The notes beneath the pieces were generated by a model, which saw only the letters and a list, made by a program, of their open reading frames with translations, was not told the origin of the DNA and ran no database searches. Of a stretch of 64,000 nucleotides of DNA, positions 24,918 to 39,088 are shown one piece after another (within the stretch, counting starts at the first letter, position 1; each line of letters opens with the position of its first letter). The DNA comes from Octopus sinensis (taxonomy: Eukaryota): positions 1 to 64,000 of the forward strand of contig NW_021833295.1 in assembly GCF_006345805.1 (NCBI RefSeq). Direction: 5' to 3'. The translations under genes were made by a program, and so were the position numbers.

Positions 24918-27900
24918 CTACCTTTGATCAATGGAAAGCGGGTGCCCATCCGGAGATACCACTTCGTCAATACTGTCCATTTTGTTGCGGCATGCAGGAG
25001 TGTTAAGACTCGAAGGAAGAGTGCTCTGAAAAGACTGCATTCCTCGGGAATCTCCCATGTTGGGGTACTTCCTGGCCCCCTCGATCAAATCTTGCACTAA
25101 AATGAACACCTCACCATTTGATTGTCTGCGAATGGGAGTTTCATAACCAGACATTACTTCGCCCACCAGAGTTGTCCGGTAAGAGGTAAGTGATGGATGG
25201 ACAACGTTCCTTTCCGATAGGATTTTGTCCAAATAACGCAATCTACAATATACACGTAAATGCCACATTGTGTTCCGATCTTGCAAATTTACTTTGTAAG
25301 AAAAGTCAATAAGCACATCAAAGAAGGGCATGTTCGGACAGTCACCCATGGTCTCGTCCACTCGGAGAGCAAACTTAATGCCCTCACTGGGAAGTGATTA
25401 TAACAAATACTGGTGAATGACTGCAAGAGATTCCCGACTCTTGCTATACTCCTGTCCAAAGAAGGACACCAACTTCCTGGACAAATCCCTCAGTTGAGGC
25501 ACTTCGGACTTGTATGACTGCAATGACAATAAAGAATACGTCAATGAGGGTGGCAATGATGAGTTTGGCACAGGCAATACCGTCAATAACCCCCAATTTA
25601 CTGAGAAACAACTTGATGATATCGCCAAATATATCACCGAACTAGAATACATAAAAAAAGACACCTTTGAGTAGTTGCAAATAAGAATGACTGCATTCTC
25701 AAGCGAGAGGACTCCGTACAACACCAACTTGCAATAACACGTCAGGAAATCACGTCGCTTTTCCCGACCTGCCACACAACTGTCATCCCCCAACACTCTT
25801 TCCTCCACAAATGACACCAAAATCTCCGTCAGAGAGGCCGAGGGGGACGTGCAGAGTGAAGCTTCCTCTGTCGGACTGAACATGAGAAGTAAGTCGGTGA
25901 GGAGGACGAAAGTCTGCCTCTGAGGACAGAAATACCTCCTCGACGACAGTATTGACTGGAGACAGCATCAGACACTCACACGAGGAAATATACTCGTCGA
26001 TCTGATCTCGCAATCCCTCAACAAGTTCCTACAAACATAACATTGCCACAGTCACAGGACTCTCACGAACACTCGTCAATGTCCAGCAAATACTCAACAG
26101 CCCTGTCCGAACGGCAGGAACTATAATCTGCCAATTAACTACCCTTCCCTACCTCCGGAGACATGTCCGTGGAGTCCACTGCCCTCCTCATAATCGAAGA
26201 CAGACATCCCCATATATTCCAGGAGGACAGATCATGGTAACTGCAATAACAAGTATAACTCACCAATAGAAAGCCATCACCTTGGATAGACTGGACGACA
26301 GAGCCGACTCGGGAGTCTACAATGACCAGTCAAACAAACATTATTGAAGTAGTTTTGGTGAGACTCGAAGAAACTCTCAGTCAATTGGGCAAGGACGGAA
26401 TTCCTGGATGTCTGACAAATGGACGTGACAGTGTGTGTGGCAGCACAGAGGGTCATATATGCACGAGAACAGTTCTCGAGCACTTGGTACTGCACATGTT
26501 TCTCTACTATTTCTTCCAACAGTTTAAGTAATTGTTCCAGTCTCTGCCAATGCCACACTCAGACAACCTGAATGAACTCAGTCTGAGCAAACAAAGAGGT
26601 GTCAATATTCCAGATAATCTCCACCAAATGGCCAATCTTGACCTCGTCCACGATGAACTGAGAGTGTCACTCAGCAACCCACCTTGGCACACAATTGTCC
26701 CAAATGGAGAATAAAATGCTCGGAAAGGGCTGTTTTGACCGACTCCAAATTCTTCAGATCTTTTGCTGACACTTTCTTGGTTGGCGAAGTGGCAGAAAAT
26801 GTCTGTTTGACGCAACAGACCATCAAGTCGACGAGGACGGACTCGTTCTGGTCAGACCACCCACCATATTCGACCACTTCCTCCAGCAGCATGTCAGTCA
26901 TTGTCCCCCAGTCCTTAAGCAGAGGACAGACGTCGTATATACTCTCCACCAATGAGACCATGTCCTCGTACTGGGAGTTATTCCTCCACTCACCTCACTT
27001 TCCATATAAAAACCAACAATGTGGGAAATTGTGGATGACAGACATTTTCCACTCTTCGTCAAAACTGTCTTTTCTGGACTACTCTCCAATTTGGCCAACA
27101 AAAAGTCTCCCGCCGCCTTGGCCACACATCGATTGTTACCAAATACGAGAGAGGAAATGTGTCGACAGTCCTCAGGGAGAAGCACAGTGTGATCGTACCT
27201 GCCAGTCCACCTGGGCGACTACCTGAGTATCGCAATGAGAGTCCGAATCGCCTGGACGGCCGTGTCTGAGTCACGGTCGTGTGCCATCTGTACTATCCTC
27301 GGTTTGAATCGTGCAGAGAACTGTCCCAGTCCATGGCTAATCTCCGCCGACTCGTACATAGGCTGGAGACTGCGGAGACAACAAAGCCGCACTTCACTGG
27401 CCTGCAAATAAGCACAACACAACTCTGTCGAAAATAGTCCAACCAATGTATTTAAGATAGTTATCCTGGAGAAAGCAAGTGGGTTGGAGGACAATCCAAT
27501 GACTCAACTCACCAATGCAGATCACTCGAATGTCGGGGACCACATCCCTGCACTGAGGACACTTCCTTACCGATATCTCTGCATAAACACGTATTTAAAG
27601 ATGTAGTTTGTCATTTCAACAACCTCATTCTGACGACTCGACAACTGCCTTATAACCACAAGCCCAACCGACTCGAGACGAGTCCGAAGTGTCTTGACTC
27701 GGTCACGTGACCTTTTCTTTGCCGCTTTGATGTTTTCCGTTTCAAGTTGCCGTGATGCATTGGCCGAGTCAGTGAACAGGGACACGGAAATGGCGACGAG
27801 GGAACTCATAATTTTGAGCACTATCAGAGTGGCTGTGTGTCGGAATGCCCTTATTTTGGAGTCAGTGAGGCCGGTGAGGAAGGAAATGACATTCTTCATC

Positions 27901-28452
27901 ATGTACTGGTCGTAGATGATCGCATTCTTACACCGGTCGATCAAAACCCCCAGAAATGCCACAAAATTAGCTCTGAACTTTTTCCAGTGGTACCCTCCGG
28001 CCATTATTGGGTATTCTCGGAAATCCTACCACTCACTATGACTAGTCCAGCCGTTTCAAATTCGTCGGACAGTCTTCGAATGAGTTCACTGGACTGCAGA
28101 TTGCTGTACAACTCGACAGAGAGTTCTCCATTGCACCCACAGGCGCAGATTATAAACCGAATTAGTTCGACCATTCCTTCTTCCTGACTGTCCTTGTAGC
28201 GGGATATCCAACCCTCGGCAATGTCCTAAACATTTTTCAGTGGCTATGGACTTGTAAAGGACACGTTTCGTCACGTAGGGATTTGAGCATCTCAGAACTG
28301 TCGATTGCACTAATGGCTGCCCGCATGTTATCATTGCTTGGCTTTTCTTTCTTTGGGGGACGTGCTCGAATGTTTTGCTTATTTTTCTTCCTGTCTTTGG
28401 AATCCAAAGAACGGTCCACTGTACTTTCGGATCTCGAGTTTTTTGAACTCAT
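24918..28452 (-). CDS. STAG1: Cohesin subunit SA/STAG (Scc3)
   Basis: EYPIMAGGYHWKKFRANF, IRAFRHTATL, RYRDVVPDIR, YLKYIGW, RIVQMAHD, FGDIFGDIIK; about 16 tiny introns spliced without frameshift. STAG1 versus STAG2 not distinguishable. Confidence 0.92.
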
Positions 28453-28537
28453 TTCAATCAACCAACTCACTTGTTGTTTACAAATATTTTATTTAAATTA
28501 ACATTATTCTTTAAATATAATTAACAAAAAGAATTAT

Positions 28538-29479
28538 TTAAAGTTTTAGAAAAGTCTCATATATAAGGAAAGTGAGAGACGTGGCGGGGACAACCCTGCA
28601 AAGACAGGGAACCAGTCCCTTATACAAAGACAAGACCCCTTCATACCTAGGCAATACTGACAGTCCAAAACTTTAAAAGATGTGTCAAAACATGAGAAAT
28701 AGTTCGATAATCTCTGCGATGACTCATTAAACGAGTACGAATAGTCTGCAACGGATAGGTGGTCACAATAGCCAATATTTTAGAGAAAGCAGCAATACTT
28801 AAATATTCGAGACTGTTCTAAAAAGTGAGGACCGAGGACTACCAACTGAGCACTCCCATACCGACTCTTGCAGACGTCGTAGGTCACCATTTGAATCACT
28901 CCGTTGGAGACCGACAGAAGACCAGGCAGAAACCCCTGAAATATCACTCCGTGAATAAACTTTGTACAATCCGCCAAAACCTCCTTTTCGGTAAATTTTT
29001 TTCACACAGTCAACAAACCCGCTGTACTGACGGTCTGCGGGTTCGAGGATTAGACGAGTCCTCACCAGCCAAAGAGGGTTAGTAGCACAGGCTACGACCA
29101 CTCCGGCAGTGGCAGCACAAAGCACATGTTCGGGAAAAGGTATAGTCCCCTCTTTTATGGAAATAGTCTTTAGTTGGTTATATCTAGAGTAATCCCAGCA
29201 CATTACATGAACATATAACTCCCCCAAGTGATACCGGCCACCATGACATTGGAACAGACTCCCTGATATAATGTGCTGAGTCCCCTGCTCTTCACCGTCT
29301 CTCTGAGTGTCCTGTACATGCCGCTTCGTTGAGGGCCGAACACACTCCCTTGGTCGTTGGCTGGAGGGTATAGGTCACTCAATACCCTGGATGTGGAGTT
29401 TTATGAAGTCGAAGGGGTGGAAAAGACCGGTGGTCACTACTCCCCCAAGTAAGCCTCCTAAGAAATTCGATCCTGACAT
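28538..29479 (-). CDS. SLC25A32: Mitochondrial carrier, folate/FAD transporter-like
   Basis: Three carrier repeats: HPFDFIK, NPLWLVRTRL, YPLQTIRTRL; G-L-Y-x-G helices. Confidence 0.8.
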
Positions 29480-29951
29480 TCAGATCACGTAAAACATTTG
29501 TCACATGCTGTTATTTTGAATTATTTAATATTCTTGTTTTATATTACTTTTATAAGCTAAAACATTTGCTTCTACTGGTTTGCCCAAGAGGACTAATCCC
29601 CCGTAATTATCAGAAAGGAAATCCGAAGAATGTGCAACGTATAAATCAGAAATCGGACTCAATAAAATTCACTGATGATTTTAAAAAATGGTTTATTTTC
29701 TGAAGCCAGCCCTCGTCAAATCAGGAGGCGAGACATTGCTTAATGAGCACAAAATTTCTAAATACATTTTTAAAATCAAGCCAAGTTTCTATTTCACGGA
29801 GAAGCGAACGTTATAATACGCCTAAGAGAACTCGAAATAGCAAAGAATTACGTTGAGCACAAATCTTCAAACAGGGGAACTACATTTACTTTATGTTTAT
29901 ATGGAATATGTAATATGAACAGAAAGATTCAAACAAATTGTAAAAAATTAA

Positions 29952-31503
29952 TTATTTGTTGGTTATTATATACTTTATCAATTTACTAAGAAGGCCTCCA
30001 CTGAGCAGCCCTGCCGTGGTAAATACCGAAGTCAGGTAGCCTGCCTCTCTTTCATATCCACGAGCAAATCTACGGTAGTTAAATGCTGCCTACTCAGGGG
30101 AGTAATACGAGGCCAGACTCGAGTAATATCCGTGGGAGAGTGCAAACACGATAGACAGACATATAAACACCCAGTCGGGAAACACATAGCCAAACTGACG
30201 AATCTTTCCATAGCTGTTGCAGTACATAAATAACGGGATAAAGGAAATCCGCAAAAGTGCAGGGATAAATATAAATCTTTTCGAAGGCTTAAGAATTTAC
30301 ACAAAAATAATACAAATTTGAAAAAATCTGGCAATGGAGAAGTAACCAGCGCCAACACGTTAAAAATGACAAACGAACAAATTATTTCGAACCATTCATC
30401 ATACACAATTTCACATTCCCCGCTACTCGGAAGTTGATTGCTCGGCTCCGTTGGGACTGTTGTCCTCAATAACTCTGGAAAGACAGTGAGGGTGACTGTG
30501 AAGACTGTATATGTCGAGAGAACGGATGGATAACACTTGATTATGTAATTAAGTATAACCTCACCAATTTGAATGAAGTAAGTAGCCTTTTCATGTCGTT
30601 TTTTATTCTGATTTTCCACAATGTAGAAATTTCATCAGAGTTGCGTGCTTTGGTGTACAATTCCTATTTCTGGGTAAAAAAACAACCGACCTGTTCTTTC
30701 ATCCATTTACACAGTCCTAGTCCACCCACGCACATCAATATGGCAAACGAGTAGTAGATTGCCACCAGTTTCCAAATAGCCATGTAAACTGTCGGAGTGA
30801 CTAAATAGATTGCACTGACCCAGTTTAAGCACAACGAAGAAAATGATGGCTATCACTCCGCAAAGATTCTGCAATAAAATCATAAATGTTGACCATTCCT
30901 GTGATGATTGATGGAAAATAATTCCCTTTTTCCTGGAAAATTCCGGCAACTGCGAACATTGAAATTTGTGCCCAGGCAGAGGCCACTGTAATATAAATGG
31001 ACAGTCAACCTTGACTGACTGAATTGATAAAGTAGTTGAGATATATGAACTCGACCTGCCCTGTGAATAACAATATTGGGGACTACATGAAGTGGAGTCT
31101 ATAAACGCCAGAATGAATAATATAATAAATCCAATCAGAATTGTCATTATTGAAATTGCAATATATGTTATCTCCAGTCCTCTGAATATATTCCAGAAAT
31201 TTGTAATACTTTTTGGGACGGTGGAAAAAACTTACAATCCCCGTCAACAACAGCATAGACTGAGAGATAATGATAATGTCTGTTATTGCAGAATCCCTCA
31301 GAACCACAACACGATGACTAGTCGTATTATTCACTGATAGGCGGTAAGTTATAAAATACTGCAAGTGAAAGCCCATAATTAACCTCTTCGGCGATATTGA
31401 TCATGATATTCCAGGGTAGAAGTGCTACAACTCCGAGAAAGCTGAATGTAATTTTCAAAGCATTAAATAATGGAAACTGTCCCAGAAATGAGTGCTGTTG
31501 CAT
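29952..31503 (-). CDS. Equilibrative nucleoside transporter (SLC29/ENT)
   Basis: FLGVVALLPWNI..YF, GMNLCG, FTVTLTVFP, C-terminal GLLSGGLLS; many hydrophobic segments; about 9 tiny introns. Confidence 0.85.
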
Positions 31504-33290
31504 TAGTCTGAAAATTCTACTTGGCTCATTATAATGTCACAGGCCAATGTACTAATACGAGATATGTTACAACTAAAAATTCATATAAAGAAATAAAACG
31601 TTTAAATTAAAAATTAATACAAAGTACCTAATTGTTCGCAAAAATGCTTTTCTGAATAGAAAAAATTTGGACTGAAACATGAATTTTTTCCCAAAACCAA
31701 CATACCGTGTAAAAATGAGTTTTAAATTTTTAGCAATCTATTTAATTTTGGCTTATCCATATCTTTTTTTATTAAATATTATTCTTTTTTTTTAATAAAA
31801 AAAATTTTAAAGCCTCTTATTAGTTTAAAACGTTTCTATCAAGGAATCACAAAAAAGAAGGATCATTCCCATTTTATTAAGCGTGAACATGTATTTTCTC
31901 ATTCATGTACTGTCTCACTTTGTATTGTTACTACAAAATCGTCTTTTGCCACAATGTGTATTCACACCATCTCTAATCCATCATAAAGTGGATATTGTCG
32001 TTTGTTAGCGTCATTATCTTGCCTAATTACATGTTTATACATCCCAAAACCTTAAGATTACTATCTCCCTACACTAAATAGCCTCGTCATACTTCCATTT
32101 CTTCTCTGAGCCATTTTATCACTGCCAACAGAATATTACATACGCTTCATTCCTTTCCTCTTCCAATATTCTATGTCATCATTTTGCAATAACAATGATT
32201 CTAGTTCCTCCTCTGATGTTTCAATAGGATATTTTATGCCCATAAATAGATTATGGACTTTTTTGTGGTGGAATGACAGTATTGTTATAATCAAAAACAA
32301 TGTCTTTGATTATATCGCAATAGCGTGACTAAAAATTAATAAAAAAACTTAAAACCTGGCAAGGAATACATCGTTTTATGACACGATTGATCTCTGCACG
32401 TGATATCCGTGTATAAGCGCGCCAATTTTGAAAACACCGGTCTCGACCAAAGATTCAAATTATGTTCAGCCAATTGATAAACATTTTTATGCAAACTTCA
32501 TATATTTATCTTTAAGTTCAGTCATCGGCAAAAAATCAATTTAAGTCCATCTTAGTGATATATGGAGCTCCATCCAAAAAATCATTTATTGCTAATTTCA
32601 GTAGTCTTATCTTGCATCCGCGAAAGCGTCTGCTGAAATACGATCAGGATTGCTCTTAAGTTCCTTAAGTAATTCTAAGTCTTCTTTGTACTTGCACTAA
32701 CGCATTTTTAATGTATTTGTAATTTAAAAAACAATAAAATTTATAAGTTTTCTTTGATTTCATAGAAATACCAAAGGATCATGTTTAATGTTTTCCAACT
32801 TGACAATTGATTTGGTGTAACACATCTGGCGGAGTAACAGTGTGGCCTAATAATATATTGACGAAAATGTAGTTCTTGGAATGTTAGAAAATCTCCAATG
32901 TCACCGCCGTAAATGTATACCGTTAATTAGTTCTATTTTATAAAAATATTATAACGAGCCTAATAAATGGTTTAATCTGAATTCAAAAGAAAGTTTTCAA
33001 TCTAATTAATTCGTCATCATTCTCTGTAATCGTTATATATTGACCGAATATGCTAAAAAGGAATTGGAATGAACAGAATTCCATTGAAAAATGGAATCAC
33101 ATTGTTTGTCAAAAAACATATAAAGAAGCTTATTCTTTCAAAATCTTAAAAATGGTAAAATTATGAGGACCAAATAATCTAATACTGAATGAATTTTCGA
33201 ATTAGGATACGTTGATCTATTTTTATGACATATTGGAGGAAATGGATTCAAAATAGGTTTTGTTAGTAGAATATTAATAGAGTTACTGCT

Positions 33291-36200
33291 TTAAGCACAT
33301 GTCTTGAATACGAACACCACCAAGTTCTGGTTCTTGTTTAGTCCTAGTGTGATGCATCCCCCGTCGTAAAGAAGCGCATAATCATATAACGGAAAAAAAA
33401 AAACTGAACGTGGCCAAAGAGAGTAATTTCCCATTGACCAAAGAAATCACTCTCGACACCACAAGACCCGATTAAACTTTTGGAAACAATGTATTCTCGA
33501 ATTCTCCCCCACTACATACCCATTTGGATGAGACAGTCTCCTGACACAATGATTTACCTCTCCAATGTACACTAACTACATGGACATAAAACTCCCATAG
33601 ATAAGCCGTTGGTGGACAAGTCTGTGGAAATAATTTGGTCTGAATTAAGCAGAGTTCTTATTCGAACATTCTTCAGCAAGTCCCATATCATAATGCACGT
33701 CGAGTTGAGCTTGTTCGAGTAACATTCGAATAAAAGGGTTGTCCCATCGTAGGAAATGCAGGCATTCCGAAGGTTAATTCCGTTTTCAGTGTCAACCTTT
33801 ATTCTCTTGCGAGGAATTAGATTATATTAGTGTACAAGAAATTCGAAGGTCTCCTGAGTCCGGAAAACGAAGAGTTCGTTAGAAAAGTGAGAGACGACAA
33901 CTATTTGTTCATTTCCACTCATTATAAATGAATCAATCTTGTCCAAGTGCTCAATTACATCCGTGTCGAACTTGTAGGTAATGATTCTAAAAAACCTTTT
34001 TTGCAATTTTGATTCGCCTGACGATGTACCCCGTCTCCATGTTCCAGACAACCAAATGGTCCCGAGAGCTGGAAGGACAGATCAGGTGATTGTTGCTTAA
34101 ATATATGTACTCGTGGGGTAGATGGACAGGGATACTCAGCCCAGACAACTAGACTATTAGTGCGGACTATACTGAAATGACCACTTTTTTCTGCTGGATG
34201 TCGAATATTATAATTTGGGTGTAACATGAGATCACATCGTTTATATTTTCCACGTACTCTCGATTTCGGAGAATTAAAATTCTTTTTTTGTTGTAGAAAA
34301 GTGTCCCCTCAAATTTTAAGTCCACTAAATCCGTCCTCCTGCACTCGCCTTCCTCGCTTATTTGGTAGACTTTCAGAGTTGAGTCATTCTTGTCCACTAC
34401 AATGGCCTCATCAAAATTTCCATAAAATGTTAGACCTGGAACTGAATTGTAGCTTTACCTTTTTGGGTGGGAACACTACCAAAGTCCCACTGGACGTCTT
34501 CCCCTATGTCCCACAACTCGATTGAACCACTCTCCCGTGACAGAGTCAACAGTTTTCTAATAATCGAAACCGCACGCCAACTTATTCCTTGCAGGGAATA
34601 AGGAAGTCAATTCGTACAACGTGGCAATCCTCAGAAAGACCATTCCATACTCGCTGTCCATTATGCGGATTTCGCTCATTTCACACAATTTGTAGGATTT
34701 TAATAAAATGGCACAATTCTGGGTTGCCTAAGAAATAACCTCCAAATTAAAGACAGGAATGACTCTGATTTCGACGATTTCACTTTCATTAAAACAGACA
34801 GAAAGGGACAAGTTATTCCAAGAATTGTGTGCAACTACACCCACGTGAGAATTGTGATGATCATTGACCGTTTTATAAGGAAATACTATATTTTTCCCCG
34901 TCCAAACTAGATTGTTCTGAATGGTTATTTTGGATGATAAATTCACGTCCTTGGTCACTTCTGATGCGAGATTATGTATATTTAGTTTGTTGGTGTATTT
35001 GAGGCCATACACGATCTAAATGAATTCAACAGCAAACCTCATCTTCCGGAGTTTCGACTGGTAAAATGATTTCACGAGAAAAAATGTCCAGATCGGGTAA
35101 AATTAACCTGCGATGCAACACAATACTGCAATCAGGGGCCATTTTCCACTGCAAAATTTTGGAATCGAAGTTTGACACGGCGAAAACTGATTTCGTCGTT
35201 ACGCAGGAACAAAAATTAACTCTTTCGGAAAATTCTGTGCACTGGAGATGTTAAATACTACAAACTGCATCGAGGACACTATTTGTAGTGGTGTCGTAAA
35301 AAGTTATTACGCCGCTCCCGGCCGCCACCAAAAGTGTATCGAAAAGTAATTCCAGTTGAATTATTTGATCGGAACATATTCGATTTTTAGACCCCGTCTT
35401 CAGGTTTTTGACCTTTCCGCTCTTTTTATAAATCAGAATGCCCTTTTCAATATCGGGTCCGATAATTTTTTCCGCCTTTGAACTTATGTTGGACTCAAGC
35501 AGAGTGGGCGTTGGGTTTTCGAAAGAAGGGAGACACCTCTCCGAAGTTATAAAAAGTGGATCTGCACTGGTTTTGCAATCATTAAAAAACTGTTCAGTGG
35601 CTTTGAGCAGTTCTCTTTCCTCACTGTTTATTCTGTCAAAATACTTATCCAGGTGGGCAATGACCACTGACTTGAGTTCGTTAGGAAAAGTGCTCAGGAC
35701 AGCAAAAGAGGCTTTAATTATTTTCCTGAGCAAGAGAACGTCAAAATCTTTTTTGTGAGAGAGGTAGAAATCAAAGTCCTGGACGGCCACTTCAATTCCC
35801 TGATGTTGCAGAATGAAAGAGAGGAATTTTTGGTTGAGTAAATATTCGACCTTCATTATATCCAACAAACGAGCATTTCTCAAGTAAAATGGGAGTTCGC
35901 GGATAATCTTGAGCGACAGTTTGTTTTCTGTATAGACTTTGGCGGCCTTGCTGTTGTTGAGGGGACCCGTAAACGTGAGTATACTAGCTTTCCGACGCAG
36001 AAGGTAGTCCGCCAATTTTTGGGTGTAGAACACGACGACCTCCTGATTCAAATATCGATTTTTGACAAACTTTGCAACTGTTTCGTTTTTCCAATTCATT
36101 ACAAACGAATCGTTTTGAGTACTATTCATACAAAACTCACTGAGAGCAATCCAAATCGAGTTGAAAATGTAATCCGGGACCATTCCCTCCTTCGACAATT

Positions 36201-38717
36201 GCGGATAGCATGGCTGCTGCTGTGCGTTGAGAATTTGTTTGAAGGTTTCTTCGCTTATTCCGTCCTTGGAGACTGTTATCATGGCAGAAATATCTTTAAT
36301 TGCCTGAGTGCCAAAACGTTCTTCTAACAGACCAAAACACTTGGCTAGTCTAATGGGATATGTGGACTCCAAAATTTCCCGAGGCACAAGAGATTTGAGA
36401 ACAAGATTATTCGTGTCGATAACATACTGTTCAGTCACATGACGAGGGGGAAATAATTCAGAGAAATATATCTGGTAGTCAATTCGCTGACCATCTTGAA
36501 GCGAAAAAAATATGGTGTATATTTTGTAGTCCGAAGATTGAATCGAACGGAAGTTGTCTTCCGCCAGGGTGGCAAATAAGTAGCAATTCGCGGGAATATT
36601 GAGTGTCCAGTGCTCCTCGTTGCCAAAGTCTATTTAATTGGTTGGACAGTCAAACCAGGCAGTCTGTCCAAGTTGTCAATAAACAGATAAACAGGCTGGT
36701 TTTCAGCCTCCCGCAGCAGCAAATTATATATTTCCTTTGAATAATTCTTTTTTTTGCTGGATTCGACCTAATTTTAGCGTCAGCCCAGACATACAATCTT
36801 GAGTAATTGCAGCGAAAATAGTTCGAACACCTTCTTAGTGGAAGAGTCACTGTCCAGCAGCAATCCAGCCAAATAAACCAGTTTGACGTTTCTATAAATT
36901 CATCTTTGACTGCATACGAGTAATGAATCAAGTAATAGTGGGCTATCTTACAAAGCACAGCCGTCTTGCCTGATCCAACAGGTCCAGAAATGTAGCACTC
37001 GCTCTGGGGCAGTTGGTTCATTTCTTCAATCATGTTTTCAAAATTGGAGATTTCGATGACCGACTTTTTATATCTAAACACAAACGTGTCAATCAGAATA
37101 AACATTCGGGAAAAGTAACTGATGTGATTCCAGTAGTCTACCTCAAAGTCGAGATTATTTCTCAAAATAGCCTGTGATTTTTTGTCAATGTATGATAGGA
37201 TTTTGTCTATAAAAATGCCGTACGACTGAAGGATCAATTTTTTTGTATAATTGTTATTTTCTTGAAGGGCTGAAGGGGAAATGTCGTTAGGAGGGTTGGA
37301 AGGATAGTTTCGCTTGTTTTTATTAGGAATCTAAATTAGTTCCAGTAAGTACTACGAAGCAGTGCAAATATCTGTGAAATGAATTATTCCGTCTGTTCTC
37401 GTAAAACGATGGAATCATTTCTCGAATCGAGTCACTGTAGGAAAGAGCCACATTGTTGATCTTTATATTTCTGCGTTCAAAAATAAGCACATCTTCTCTT
37501 TGGAATAAGAACTTTTGTTTCAACATTTGAAACAACTTTTCGGTGTCTGCAAGTTAAATTACAACCATCGCAATTGTTATAAAATATATCACAATTCGCT
37601 TATTAATGGTAATTATATATTACATGTGGTGAGCACACAGTTTTTGAATATGGCAAGATTCCGGTATTTAAAAATAATTTTCCGAACTCTTTCTAGCTCA
37701 GACAAAACTTGCTCTTCGGTCAATTTATATTTCTTCATTTTTTCTCTGCTTATAGAAATATAAAGCAAACTTGAAATTTTGCAAAACTCTGTTCGACTTG
37801 TTTACCACGTACCATTCCTTCAGAAAGAGAATGTCGTCTTTGAAGATTTTTTGATCTTTAGTCGACAGTGCCTTTTCGCAAATAACAAAAATATTCTTTG
37901 AAGATTTCAAATTGAGTACTGGCAAGAACAATTCCGACGGCAGACACTCTGGTAAAAGAAATCGGTCACTTTCTTCGTCGATGAACATCTAAAGGAACAA
38001 TTCACAGTTTCTAACGATAAGGAAAAATTTGCAGTGGGGATCGTCCCAAAAGCTGATTTGCTCCATAATGTTGTCGAAGAAAGCTTTGTTCATGAAGAGA
38101 GGGTGAACCCCGGAAGCAAAGTCGGTCATCACCACCTCAAACTGGTATAAATAAAATTTTTGTTGCAAAATTCTGATGATGGTTGTCAAGTACTCTTTCC
38201 TCTCGAACAAGAAATCTGGTGATTAGATTGTTGCTTCAATACCCTCTGGGTCGGCAATCACGATTATTCGCACTTTGGAAAAGTAAAACTTGCCAATGTT
38301 CAATGAATTTATAAGTTGTCTCCATAAAGAGTTTTTAGCAATGACGCGTTTTTTGGGTTCATTTTTCAAAAGAGGGTTGTAAAAATCAAAATTGGCGTTT
38401 TTTCTGTTTAAAGTTTCGTCTTTATTGGAGAATGTATAATTTCTAGTGAGTAAATAATTTTCGCTGATTCTGGTTTGGTCTTCTTCTTTAGCCTATCACT
38501 GATCAACTAAAACATGCACATTTCTTTTGGCAAAATAGCATTCTTCGATGAATGTGCCCGAATCGACAGTCTTTTTCTTTCTGTTCCTGATGTAATTTTC
38601 CTAGACTGGAATAAATAAAACTACTGCAAGTAATTCCATGACTGATTCCCTCCAATTCTCTCCAGTTTGCTAAATATAACAAATAGAAAGTACTTTGTTT
38701 TTTGAATAATACGACAT
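33291..38717 (-). CDS. Large NACHT/STAND NTPase with C-terminal beta-propeller-like region (NWD1/NWD2/TEP1-like)
   Basis: N-terminal VRIIVIAD..FLFER..FEVVMTDFASGV, Walker A YISGPVGSGKT, Walker B YLFIDNLD, LEERFG..ISAMITVSKDGISE helical domain. Start and several introns hand-spliced; C-terminal exons only partly resolved. Confidence 0.7.
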
Positions 38718-39088
38718 ATTTAATAGCTGAACGGAAATCGAATATTAAAAGTCGAATCAATCGTATCTAAATCAAGTTATTGTTCGGATTATTTCGCTTT
38801 ATTGTCGGGTTTATGTCAACAACGTGTTATTGACACATTTAATATTTCTAATCCATCTTGCACTGAGTAGTGGCTCCGTTTTAGATAATTTGGAATGAAA
38901 ATATTGTGAGACCAATGATGGTGGTTGTCGGAGCAGAGTCAGGGAAAGTGGGTTTGTGAACAATCAAGATTAGTAATAATTTTCACACAATAAGTCATAA
39001 TTATTTACGCCACACGCCGTAAATTAATATTCGAATTACTAAGCGTGGGCAAGAAATCTACGTGGTTAGCAGTCGGCCTAATAGGAAC

